Of a DNA stretch of 64,000 bases, positions 41,022 through 53,992 are shown piece after piece. Positions within the stretch are counted from its first letter, which is position 1; each line of letters opens with the position of its first letter. Source of the stretch: Rhizophagus irregularis (Eukaryota); the NCBI RefSeq assembly GCF_026210795.1, contig NC_089436.1, positions 2,108,001-2,172,000 on the forward strand, read 5' to 3'. Both the position numbers and the translations under genes were made by a program. The notes beneath the pieces are model-generated. The model had not been told where the DNA came from and ran no database searches. It saw nothing but the letters and a program-made list of their open reading frames with translations.

Positions 41022-42240
41022 TCAGCACTCTGATTCAGTTTTAGAACTAGAAGATTCTGAATCAGAACAGTAAACTTCATCAAAATTTTTGATATGAATA
41101 TTTGGATTTAACTGGTCCATAGTTTTTTTGCTAATATTTTTACATCCTTCCAAATCTAGAAATTTTAAATTGAGACATGAGCAAGCAATTTCTTTAATAG
41201 TCATACTTGTAATATTGCAGTGAATAAAGTTAAGATGTTGGAGGTTTGGACAGGAACATATAATATTACAAATCAATAGTTCGCTAACAAACTTATAGCA
41301 ACTTAAATCAAGATATTCTAATTTATAGTAAGAATAAGCCAATACTTCAGTAACCTCATCACCAATATCATTATGTCTGATCTCTAAATATCTTAATTCA
41401 GAAATGCTCTGATATTGCCACAATTAATGCATCATTACAAAAAGCCATGACACCAACAAAATCAAGATACTTTATGTTAAGACATCTCTGTATTAACATA
41501 TTAGCATATTTGACATCCTTCTTACTATATACAATATTAAGATTTTATAAATTTGGGCATGAGTTTAAGATGCAACTTATAGATTTATCTGTAATCTGAT
41601 ATGCTTTAGCAAAATGAAACACTTGTATATCATAACAATTTTCTGTGATTTCAAACAAAGATTTATTGGTAATATTTCTGCAGTAAGAAATATTAAGATA
41701 TTCTAATTTATGGCATAATCGTATGATTGCATATAAGCCTTTATCGGTTATTGCTTGAGCATCCTACAAATTGAAATATCTTAAATTAAAATATGATTCT
41801 GCTATTATAAATAGTGATCTATCACTAAAACCTATACTATTTTTAAAATCTAAATGAATCATATTTGAAAATATATCCACAATACTTTTTATTTTTTATC
41901 TGAAAGTGAATAGTAATAAGTAATTTCTAGATGGGTTAGATTTGAAACATAAGCAGGCTTATGCTTTTCGCACATTATTTTTACAAATCTTTTCAAACAA
42001 GTATGTTTTCTTGCACAATAATTATAATCTTCTGGAAAATGATATCCATATTTCAGGCCATTTCCCTTTAGTTCAACATGTTTTCATAAAATAGGAGTAC
42101 TACATCTGTACTACAATTAGAAAACAAATAGAGTAGAATAGAAAGATTTATTTATCGCTAAAAAATGTAAAATCTGTTCTAATACTTCTGCTATATTAAA
42201 AATACTTGATTGTGCTATAAATGATATATGTTGTATCTTT
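41022..42240 (-). pseudogene. F-box-like / cysteine-containing LRR (RNI/AMN1-like) pseudogene
   Basis: N-terminal IFNIAEVLEQILHFL and repeats such as [31 protein letters not shown]; multiple stops and frameshifts upstream of 41423. Confidence 0.75.
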
Positions 42241-42359
42241 AAATAAAAAATAAAATCCTGGTTCAGCCCACTTCAAATTACCACCTGCTTAACCTTTCTT
42301 GGTCACGCTCTCCTTCATTATTTATGAGGGACATCCTTTTTTTTTTTTTACCTAATACC

Positions 42360-42703
42360 TATAGGATTCCTCAATTATTCTTGCTTTTCAGTCCTTTTTT
42401 ACCAATTATCAAAAGAACTATTTCTTGTATTAAATCGATTACAGTCTTCCTATCTACACATTTATCCAGATCATCCAATTCAACTTCCAATAAATTAACC
42501 TTCTTTTTAAACTTTACATATTCGAAATGATAATCTTCCAGCTTTTTTTCTAATACTCAAATCTGTCCAGAGAGTGCTTTATATGCTTTTGTATTTTACT
42601 CATCCAGTCCAAATAACTGAGCTATTTTTTCTATATGTCTAATAATTTTCTCTTTGCTAGTTATACTATTAGATAAATGCTTTTGATTGGTTACCATTTT
42701 CAT
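42360..42703 (-). pseudogene. Decayed small coiled-coil ORF
   Basis: MKMVTNQK..LEKKLEDYHFEYVKFKKKVNLLEVELDDLDKC.. with in-frame stops. Confidence 0.4.
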
Positions 42704-42891
42704 GATATTTTATATATAATATATCTATTTTTTTTCTTATATTTATTCAAAAAAAAGTAACTCTATCAGATAAGATATTAGAGCAAGTTGCTCTAGTTAA
42801 AAGGGTAGACTATCTTTCACAGATTAATAGATCAAAAGAAGCAAAAAAAATAAAATTAATAAATGATATCCTGATTTTCTAATCATATATG

Positions 42892-43139
42892 TAAGGTTGC
42901 CTACCTAAACCTCTCCAAAATTCTATGATTAATTTCTCCAAAATTTTACTATAGTTTTATTATAGTTTTGGCAAGGTTTCAGCAGTTTCAGCATTTATAC
43001 TAATAAGTTTCATCAGGTTTCGCTTTTCTCCAAAGTTTCGCCAACTTTTTAATAAGACTTTCATATAGTTTTGGCAAAATTTCACCATTTCAGCATTTCG
43101 CCAATTTGTCAAAATCCCCTAGTTTCTCCAGCAATCTTA
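42892..43139 (-). mobile_element. hAT-type MITE, family B
   Basis: taaggttgc...gcaatctta, perfect 8-bp TSD catatatg; inverted homolog of 7208-7451. Confidence 0.88.
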
Positions 43140-43148
43140 CATATATGT

Positions 43149-44730
43149 TATACTTAAGTGCCAAAACCTTTTGGCTATATGCTGAAATCGAAACACTTTT
43201 CAGCATATAATAGTTTCTGAAATCCATAAATCCCAAACTATTGCCAAAATCCCAAATCATTGCCAAAATCCCAAACTATTGCCAAAATCCCAAATCATTG
43301 CCAAAATCCCAAACTATTGCCAAAATCTAAAATCATTTCCAAAATTCAAATCATTGCCGAAATTCACAATCATTACCAAAATCCCAAACCATTGCCAAAA
43401 TCTCAAATCATTGCCGAAATCAAAACCATTGCCAAAATCCAAAATTAGAGTTCTGAACTGAACCAAAATTTTTTTTTCGGTTCAGTTTAGTAATATTAAG
43501 GTTGCCTGCTAAAACTAAAAAGGAAATTCTAAAAGATTTCAACCAATCAAATCAAATGCTGAAAATTCTGAAATTAGGCCGAAATTCGGTCTTAATTTTG
43601 GCCAAAATTAAAATTCGGCCAAAATTATGATATTGTCACGTGACATTACACTGATTTCCAAAAAAAGGAAATTTTATTTCCCAGTAAAATTGGTGAAATC
43701 AGTTTCACAAAGATTACACAAAGTTCCAAAAAAGGAAATTTATAATGTCGATCATTTTCTGGTCAGAATAACGTCCTAAAAATAACCAGAATTATACCAA
43801 TAATTTTGGTCAAATTTCGAACTTTTGGCAATAATTTCGGCATTATAAATTTTGGCAAATTTATTTTTGATTGCCTAAACTTTTGGTTACAAAAAAGTTT
43901 CGGTCTTGGCCTAAATTACCTAATTTCGGCAAGCAACCTTAGGCAATATACGGTAAGTTTTTATAATAATTAATATTAATTTTTCTTTTACTGAATTACT
44001 TATAAACATTAACTTTATTATTTGAGTGATAAAATAATAAGATCAATACGACCTCTATTAAGATGAGGACTTTGATACAATGCCTTCAGTATAGTGTTTT
44101 GCATGAATCAAATTTCTCCTTTAAAATTCAATTTGATTCGGACTCGATTTAGACTTGATTTGACTTCCAAAAATTATTATCTCAGGATCTAGTAATCCAA
44201 TTTTAATGATCTTTTTTTTTAATCGATAGGACTCATTGCTCTGATCAAAATAAGAAAAGATCGTCAAAATCGGACTGCTAAATCAAAAGTTATTCGCAAA
44301 ATACGGTTTTATTATTCGGGAGCAATTAGGGTCACACTGTATCATGAATCGATTCGTGCAGAACACTACTCCAGTAGGATGTTGGTAGGTATCACTACCA
44401 AAACTTTTATGAATTATTCTACTGTATCACCTCCTTCGTATCCTATATAAACCATGGGTACTAGAAAAAAAGTACTGGCTAGTTTTTTATTATATTATAT
44501 AGATTATACTTTTAGGATTTGGCAACAGTTTTGGGTTTTGGCAATTATTTGTGATTTCGATAAAGGTTTAGGATTTTGGCAACAGTTTGGGATTTCAGCA
44601 ATAGTTTGGAATTTTGGCAATAGTCTGGGATTTGGAATTTGGAATTTCAGCAAAATTCTGAAACTATATTTCAGCATATGTCAAATCCCAAACATATTTT
44701 GGCACCTATAGGTTTTAGCATTCAAGTCTA
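43149..44730. mobile_element. Non-autonomous hAT-type element with 20-bp subterminal tandem repeats
   Basis: TIRs tatacttaagtgccaaaacc / ggttttagcattcaagtcta, perfect 8-bp TSD atatatgt. (ttgccaaaatcccaaactat)n at 43230-43445, inverted at 44510-44650. Confidence 0.88.
43497..43941. mobile_element. hAT-type MITE with family-B TIRs, nested
   Basis: taaggttgcctgc ... ggcaagcaacctta; TSD agtaatat / ggcaatat (6/8). Confidence 0.75.
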
Positions 44731-44849
44731 ATATATGTGATTAATTTAGTTCCTTAGGAACCATTTTTATCAAAGAGCTTGCATAACAGATGATAAACTT
44801 TTTGAATTTTATTAGATCTTTGGATAAGGTCTGAATCTTTGGCATAGGT

Positions 44850-45026
44850 TATACATGCTGCCCAAATTATTTTGGGATGCCATAATTATAATTTGGGATG
44901 CCATAATTCATTCGGTTTATATATAATTTACTATGTAAAGTGCCAAAATAATTTGGGATGCCATAATTGAATTTGGGATTTTACTTATAATTACGGCAGT
45001 CCAAAATAATTTGGGTGGCATGTATA
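44850..45026 (+). mobile_element. hAT-type MITE, family A
   Basis: Near-identical to 7035-7463 without its insert; TSD gcataggt / gtataggt. Confidence 0.9.
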
Positions 45027-45335
45027 GTATAGGTATTAATAATTTTGAGATCCACCCCAGCTTTCACTAATTTCTCACAAAATCAATATTAGTATGAGAC
45101 GCCTGCTTTTACTTTTTTTTTATCATTATTTTTCAGTCCTAAATTTATACTATGGTGGTGAATATCCCACCTATTAGCAGTCTTAGCACAATATTTTGCC
45201 CTCTTCTCTATAGTAAACTTTTTTTTTCTTTTATCTGATATGAGAGCCCCTATCTTCTTTTTACTAAATTTGCATCAGGTTAGGAGATCTTTAACATATT
45301 TACGACCCTTCCAATCCTGTAGTAATGCATTAAGT

Positions 45336-48307
45336 TAGTGTTGGCCATTGGCCATTTGGCCAGGCTTAGACATTGCCTGTTTGGCTGACCAAAAAATGGC
45401 CAAAAATTTTTATATATAAATATTAAAAAAAAGTAACTACTTAAAATTTGTAACATTTAAATTCAATTATTTAATTCATTTTTATTATAAATTTAGTTAA
45501 TTTGAAGTATTTTCATTAACAAAAAATGGGACATCTAAATTATCAATAAAAATGTCTCTTATATTCCATTTAGCTTCATTATCTAATGCAGGATGTGTTC
45601 TATTTAATAAAAATTTATCAATATTTATATCATCATCACAATGTAAATCAGTTACAGCACTCAACTTTGCTTCTTTTTCCTGTAATAATAATTACCTCCA
45701 TGTATTAATTAGATTATTCCAATTTAATGAAACCTGGAATTTATTATTTTCACCTTCTTCATCTGAATCATCATCTTGAGTGTTAGAATTTCCTTTTTGG
45801 ATTTCTAAGTTAATAGGATTTTTTTCTTGATTCTCTAAATTTGTATTATCATTACTATTAATAATTATAGGAACTATTAGTTCAGCAATATTTTCTTTCA
45901 TTTTTTGTTGTTAAATAGTTTTCACTTCATCAACCCTATATTTATATGAAATTGCAGCACGTAATTTGCTCATTTTAAGTGTTTTTTCATACTATTTAAA
46001 AAATAAATTATTTATTATTACATTAAATTATAATTTTTTTAAAATAATATTATTTTACTTACATTTAATCTATTGCACCTTTTGGTATGTAGAAATCCCA
46101 TATTTGACCAAAGCCTTTCTACTGATGCTGCATTAATACAGATTCCAAAAATTTGTTGTGCGATATATTCAAGTTCTTTTGCTAATGGAACAACAAATCC
46201 CCAATATTTTAAAATATCATCTTCAAATTGATTAATTGTTTGTTCATCAAAAGGATATATATTTCTTCTAAAATTTTCATATTCACGTAAAATTGATTTT
46301 GATTTTGTTTTCGTCCAAGCTTCGTAATAATAAATTAGCCACTTACTAAGATATACATGATTTAAATTTGGGATATTATCTTTAAATTTTGACATCTTGT
46401 ATTTAGGATGTAGGAGCCATAATAAAAGTAAAAGTGGCTGTTCCCAACTTTGCCATCTTGTTTGAAGTCGATCAAGTATTTTCTCATTAAGTTCTATGTT
46501 ATCATAATCTTTCCAAAATTTTATAAAATATCCAAATCCATGCAGTACTTTATGCAGTCGTGCTTTATCACATTGTAGAATATCCAAAATTATACAGTAT
46601 GGTTTAAGTATTTTTACAAGTTCTGAAAGTGATTGCCACCAGGTTTCGTCAAGTAGAATATAAGAAATATTATCAGGTAGATATAATATATTATCAGAAC
46701 TTTGATAAGATGTTGATTGCTCAGAAGATTCAAATTTTGAACCTAAAGTCTTTAGAAAAATAGAAACAAATTATTTTCAAATGTTATATAAAAATAAATA
46801 AAACAAAATATATTATAATACCCGTAATGCCCCTTTTGATTTAATTAAAGTGCGAAAACATTCATAATGGTTATTCCATCTTGTATCATTTCCAATTGCG
46901 ATTTGAACATATTTTCCATATGATTCTTTTTGTAAAGTTCGAAGCTGTTCAATAAAATATTTATGAAGTGATGATTTAAAGTAAAGTGCAATTTTTATTG
47001 CCTTTATTGATGCTTGCTTAAATTTTTCAGATTCTTTAAAGATTTCGCCTACAAAAAGATTCATCTGATGTGCAAAACATGGAAAAAACGTAATATGCAG
47101 ATATTTAAGTCGAAGCTTACGTCTGTTAAAATATAAAATATAATTAATATTTACATAAAATATTAAATAAATATTTTAATAACTTAATTTTTAAAAAAAT
47201 ATGCAAATATACCGTGCAGCAGCATAACTTGGAGTACTATCAGTTACAACAGAAATAAGATTAACTCCCATTTAATTAATTTTCTTAAACATTGTTTCAG
47301 TTTTTTCAATAACTTCTTTCCATCTTTCTAATTCACTGCTTACATCTACTGCTTTCCAAATTATTACTTCCCCTTCTGATGTAATAAAAACAGAGCCAAG
47401 AATATTCTGATTTAACACATTAGTCCAACCATCAAAGGCTAAAGTAACACCAACAGAATCATTCATTAATTTCTTAGTCATTTCATTTTCAAGAATTTTT
47501 GATTCGTCATTTAATATACGTCCTCCTAAAGTTTTACGTCCTGGTAAAATTAATGCTGGATTTAAAAAATGAAAAAGTTCTTGAACTTTCTTATTTTCCA
47601 CCCATCTTAAAGGAAAACCTGCAGAACTGTTGCTTGAATCATTAATTTTTCAAATATAGCTTATTCACCCTTTATAAATAATCAAGTTGCAAGTGGTCTA
47701 GTAATGAAAGAATCAAGTGTACCAACTGATGAATTATTGCTGCCTATATAAAAAAATATTAATAATAGTTTTAATATAAAATTATCAAGTATTATTATTA
47801 ATAAATAAAATAAAAGATAAATACTTCTCAATGATATAGAAGTTATAGCACTATGAACTGAACCAGTTGATTCTCTACGCAATCTTTTTGAACTTACAAT
47901 ATTTTCGTCAAATTCATTAATTTCCATTCTTTTTGTTTCTGATGCAAATAATTCAAAAAATATTTCAGGATATTTATTTTTAAAATGTTGACATTTTTTC
48001 AAGTGATTTCTAACTCGTTCAGTTTTAAATGGAAATTTTTGAAGCAATGCATTTGGACAGCCATTAACATCTCTACACGCAATACAAATACAATAATTTT
48101 GCCAATTATCAGCTTTTTCTGGTAATATTTTCACAAAGGTTTTAAAATTAGCAGCCATTTATTTATATTTTATTTGTTTTTAGTTGGTGAGTTAGTCAGA
48201 TTTGAACACAAAAATCAAATTATAAATACCGGAAAAAAAAGATGATAAAAAAAAAAGATTGCTGATCTTGGCCAATCTGGCTGATTTAGCCGTTAGCCAA
48301 TCGGCCT
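45336..48307 (-). mobile_element. hAT transposon with decayed multi-exon transposase (48158-45497); one TIR lost
   Basis: BED-like finger (CICIAC..HLKKC), LAFDGWTNV, CFAHQMNL, DTRWNNHY, LHPKY, ASVERLWS, with stops and frameshifts. Terminus tagtgttggccattggcc at 45336 and tggcc subterminal repeats at both ends. Confidence 0.9.
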
Positions 48308-49034
48308 TTGTGGTATCCAATCTAAAAGGCCACGTTTAAGTAAATAATTTATAAAAACACCAGATGTATTTGAATTATTTAAAATTTTTTCTAAATGCTT
48401 AAAATATTCCTTATTTCCTTTATATCAAAACGATACATTTATGTTTATTACCCATTTCAATGTGAAGTGATGCATCATGATTACTTAAAACTATATACCC
48501 AGCAAAATCTTTAGTAATTGTCTTAGGCTTGAATTCTTTGCACTCCATTGTTATATATGGTTTAGTGATAAGTGATTTTAAGTGATCATTGGCTTTATGT
48601 CATTCTCCAAAAGCCATTCCGGCTTCATTTAAAAGGACTATTAAATATTTCCAATACTTTTCTAAGATTTGATGTCGCAAAGAATAATTCTGATCTTAGT
48701 ATTTCTTTTCTAATAAAATCTGTTAAGATATTTTTTCCAGAACATGGAGGAGCGTAATACTAAAATAGTATCAGGTTTTTTATCAGGATATTATACAAGA
48801 TATGCAAATTAATTAAGAACATATTTTAAAAGAACTTTATTTTCATCACACCAAACATTTTCTATATGCTTCAATAATAGGGCTTTAAACCCTAAGAAAA
48901 AGTTGAAAAACTTTGTATTCGGTAGGGCTACATGGTGGGTATGATTTTACCACTTTTCTTCCTAGCTCAATTAAATTAATTTTATACTTAGTAATTTTGA
49001 GCTTAGATGACATCTTAAAGAAAAGACCACCATT
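48308..49034 (-). pseudogene. D5-like SF3 helicase part of a decayed primase-helicase gene
   Basis: KYVLN*FAYLV*YPDKKPDTILVLR, Walker-A-like PPCSGKNILTDFI, LKSLIT and DFAGYIVLSNH, with frameshifts. Confidence 0.75.
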
Positions 49035-50530
49035 CATTGGGAAATTTTTTGGGGAGCAGATCTGCGCAGATTTTCAGAAATTATATCTGCACAGATCTTA
49101 TATCCTGGCGCAAAACATTAAAGAAAAAATCCAATAAAAAACTGCGCAGATTTTAAAAATAACAAAGTTCTGCGCAGATTTTTAAATAAAAAACCTTCGA
49201 AATACCTCAGCAATTTTTTTTGATAAAAATCTACATCACAATAATACAAATTAATTTATTGCATTAATTACTACTAATTTATTTATATAATCAAAATTAC
49301 TTTTTTATTATTATTATATATTAACAAGTTTACAAATACAATTGAAATCTATTACTAGTCATTGCTATTTATCATCTCTTTACTGCACATTTACATGTTG
49401 TTAATGGTTTGGACATTGTTCCAGTTGGTTCGATTCCAACAAACAACAAAATAAAATAGAAAATCAGAGATGTTTGTTAGAAATAAGAAAATCATTTCAA
49501 AGTTATTACTTTCGAAATGTTTGACACGAAATCTCAGGATCTAAAAAATAAAGTAAAATGAACGTTAGTAGAACGTTTGTTAAAGAAGAATAAAAAAAAA
49601 ATCATAAAGAATTTTGAAGATATACCTTCAAATTCTTTCGTCCAGGAGCCAGAGAAAAAAACCCTACAGAAAAAAACAACTGAAACGTTAGTAAACGTTT
49701 CGCAAATTAAAAAACATGAAAGAATTTCGAAGGAATTTTACCTTCGAAATTCCGTCCAGAAGCCGTAAACCTGCAAAAAGTAAAAATAAAAGACAAACGA
49801 AACGTTAGTAAATGTTTCGTTAAATATTAAAAAAAAATTAATTTCGAAGGTAAATACCTTTGAAATCCTGAAAAAATCTCCAAGTCTGGTTCGTCTAAAG
49901 AAGCCCGGCATCCCTATATAAAGAAGAAAGAACGTTAGAAACGTTCTTTGAAAAAAAAAAAATTTTAAAGTTTCGCAACGAGAGTTGCGAAACTTACCAT
50001 TTACCCGTTTCGGGAACCTTGGAGTACCAAAACCTACAACAAAAAAGAAAAACGAAACGTTAGCTAACGTTTTGTTTAAATAAAAACAAAAAAAAACAGA
50101 ATTTCGAAGGTTACCTTAGAAATTCTGTTCAGGAGCGTCCAGAGAGCCGTGTTCCTACAAAATACAAAAACGAACATTAGAAAACGCTTCGTTAAGTATA
50201 ATTATTAAAAAAAATTTTTTTCAAAGGTTTCACCTTCGATATGGGAGACCGAACTCATTTTCGGCTTCCTTTACCTAAAAAAATAAAATACGAACGTTAG
50301 TTAACGTTCGTTTAAATAAAAAAGAAAAAAAAATTTCGAAGGGTTTACCTTCGATATGGGAGTCCGGAATTCGTTTTTGGATTCCCTTGCCTAAAAAAAA
50401 GGAAATACGAACGTTAGTTACGTTCGTCAATAAATAAAAAAAAAAAAATTTCGAAGGTTTTACCTTCGATATGGGAGTCCAGAACTCGTTTTCGAATTCC
50501 CTTGCCTAAAAAAAAAGAAACACGAACGTT

Positions 50531-51638
50531 GAGATCCCCCAATTCCCTCTGTCATCAATTTACAGAGTTGCCACATCGAACGGGCATTCTCATGGTCGAA
50601 CGAACGAATAAACGAACGAACGAATAAACGAACGAACGAACAATTAAACGAACAAGCAAATAATCGACGGCATAATTAACAAATAATATAATCAACGCAC
50701 AACAACAATATACAACAACATTCTTGGTTTACAACATAAATAGCGTTAGTAATATAAAACGTTGAACGATATAAAATAAAATTAGCTTCTCTAAATTTTC
50801 CCCAAATTATATCCACTTTTACCTTTAATTTCAAACTTCGATAGCTCTCGCTACGAATTATTACTTTAATTAACATTAAACTTCATTAACAAATAATTAA
50901 ATGAAACTTATATTTTATTGAGTTCTGTGGATGAGAACTATGGAATTACTTTGAATTCCGCTCTCTATATATACAATTTTTATGCTACTTTCTATTCTGT
51001 CTATATACTATCTTTTATGTTCTTTTTACATATTATCTTTGAACTATTTTTCTAATATACTATCTATATTTTAAATACGCTATCTTTTAATATGCTATCT
51101 TTTAATATGCTATCTTTTTATATATGTTCTTTTTAATATATTATCTTTTACGTTCCATCTTTATACTATCTTTTTATATTATCTTTTACATTATTTTGTG
51201 TTCTTTAATCTTTCTGACATTATTTTATATGTTCCTTTAATTCGCTTTATGTGTTTTGCTTATAATCTATCTTTTGTGGCTTATAATTATTCTTTCTTAT
51301 CGTTCTTATTGTTAAAGATTGCTAAGCCGCAATTGATCGACTCTATTTATCCTATTGGTTCCTTATCAATCATTCAATAAATATTACATCATGTAGATCA
51401 TTACTCTTCCTAAATGTTTATCAACATTATAGATATCACTTAGTTTATATATCACTAAAAATTTGAGTTCGTAAAAATTATGGGATTCCTATTACTCTTC
51501 CTAAATGTTTATCCTTTTCGGCTAATTATTTATCCATCTACGCCAATCCATAATTAATTTGTTCGTTCTTAATATTTAATAATTACATTTGGTGGTTGAA
51601 TTTTATCATCTTTTCGTGCTTGATATTCAACCGTTTAC
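50531..51638. mobile_element. 1.1-kb non-coding insertion without TIRs, bounded by 6-bp direct repeats
   Basis: Interrupts an array unit: aacgtt|gagatcccc ... ccgtttac|aatgtt. Confidence 0.65.
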
Positions 51639-53992
51639 AATGTTAGTTAACGTTCGTTAATAAAAATATTAAAAAAAATAAAATTTTCGAAGGGTTTTAC
51701 CTTCGATATAGGAGTCTGGAACTCGGTTTCAGATTTCCTTGCCTAAAAAAAAAAGACGAAACGTTTGTTAACATTTTGCTAAATAAAAATATTAAAAAAA
51801 ATTAATTTTTTTGAAAAGTCTTACCTCCGATATGGGAGTCCGGAACTTGTTTCGGATTCCTTTGCCTAAAAAAAAGAGACAAAACATTAGAAACGTTTCG
51901 TTAATAAATTAATTAAAAAAAAAATTAATTTTCGAAGGTTTGTTTTACCTTTGATATGGAAGTCCGGAACTTGTTTCGGCTTCCTTTACCTGAAAAAAAA
52001 GAAACAAAACATTATAAACTGAACGTTTCGTTAATAAATTAATTAAAAGAAATAATTTGAAAGTTTTACCTTCAAACAGAACTTTCAAATGGGTCCGGAA
52101 CATACCTTTAGCATTCTGGACCTATAAAATACAAAAACGAACGTAACTAACGTTCGTTAAAGTTAAATTATAAAAAAAAAATATTTCAAAGATTTTTACC
52201 TTCAAAATAAACGTCCGGAGCCATTCTTTGGCGTCCAGGACTTATAAATATAAAAATGAACGTTAATTAATGTTCGTTAAATAAAAATATAAAAAAAAAT
52301 TCAAAGGTAAAACCTTTACCTTCGAAATAAGAGTCTGGAGCCGTTCTTCGGCGCCCAGGACCTAAAAACATGAAAAACGAACATTAATTAACGTTCGTTA
52401 AAATAAAATTAAAAGAAATATTTCGAAGGTAAACTTTACCTTCGAAATAAACGTCTGGAGCCATTCTTCGGCGCCCAACACCTAAAAACATGAAAAACAA
52501 ACGTTAATTAACATTCGTTAAAATAAAATTAAAAAAAATATTTTGAAGGTAAACTTTACTATCGAAATAAACGTCCGGAGCCATTCTTCAGCGCCCAGGA
52601 CCTATAAAACGTAAAAATGAACGTTAATTAACGTTCGTTAAAATAAAATTAAAAAAATATTTCGAAGGTAAACTTTACCTTCGAAATAAACGTCCGGAGC
52701 CGTTCTTTGGCGTCCAGGACCTATAAAACGTAAAAATGAACGTTAATTAATGTTCGTTAAAATAAAATTAAAAAAATATTTCAAAGGTAAACTTTACCTT
52801 CGAAATAAACGTCCGGAGCCGTTCTTTGGCGTCCAGGACCTATAAAACGTAAAAACGAACGTTAATTAATGTTCGTTAAAATAAAATTAAAAAAAATATT
52901 TCGAAGGTAAACTTTACCTTCGAAATAAATGTCCGGAGCCGTTCTTCGGCGCCCAGGACCTAAAAACATGAAAAACGAACGTTAATTAATGTTTGTTAAA
53001 ATAAAATTAAAAAAAATATTTCAAAGGTAAACTTTACCTTTGAAATAAACGTCCGGAGCTGTTCTTTAGCGTCTAGGACCTATAAAACGTAAAAATGAAC
53101 GTTAATTAATGTTTGTTAAAATAAAATTAAAAAAAATATTTCGAAGGTAAACTTTACCTTCGAAATAAACGTCCGGAGCCATTCTTTAGCGTCCAGGACC
53201 TATAAAACGTAAAAACAAATGTTAATTAATGTTCGTTAAAATAAAATTAAAAAAATATTTCGAAGGTAAACTTTACCTTTGAAATAAACGTCCGGAGCCG
53301 TTCTTTGGCGTCCAGGACCTATAAAACGTAAAAATGAACGTTAATTAATGTTCGTTAAAATAAAATTAAAAAAAATATTTCGAAGGTAAACTTTACCTTC
53401 AAAATAAACGTCCGGAGCCGTTTTTTGGCGTCCAGGACCTATAAAACGTAAAAACGAACGTTAATTATAGTTCGTTAAAATAAAATTAAAAAAAATATTT
53501 CGAAGGTAAACTTTACCTTTGAAATAAACGTCCGGAGCCGTTCTTTGGCGTCCAGGACCTATAAAACGTAAAAATGAACGTTAATTAATGTTCATTAAAA
53601 TAAAATTAAAAAAAATATTTTGAAGGTAAACTTTACCTTCGAAATAAACGTCCAGAGCCGTTCTTCGACGCCCAGGACCTAAAAACATGACATATGGGCT
53701 GATCACTGACGCTCATTTCACTAAGTACATTTTGTGACATGATCCTGATCTGTACTACCAAAATGCGTGATAACTTGAATTTCGAGCCAATTGTCGTTCT
53801 GATTAACAAGAAAAAAAATTTTTTTACTATTGAAATCATTTGTTTCAAATGAGTTGTAAATGGGTTTGGAAGAGTTCATCGCGAAATTAAGAAAATATTA
53901 AAAGAAGGTATTTTTATTTTTAATATTCAAGTTTTAAAAGTTTTTTTAATTAAGAAACAAAATTTATATAAAACAACTCTTTATAACGCGTT

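Noticed and set aside
43260..43461. Repeat-protein ORFs (PKSQ../IAKIPN..)
   Set aside because: Translations of the 20-bp subterminal repeats of a hAT element.
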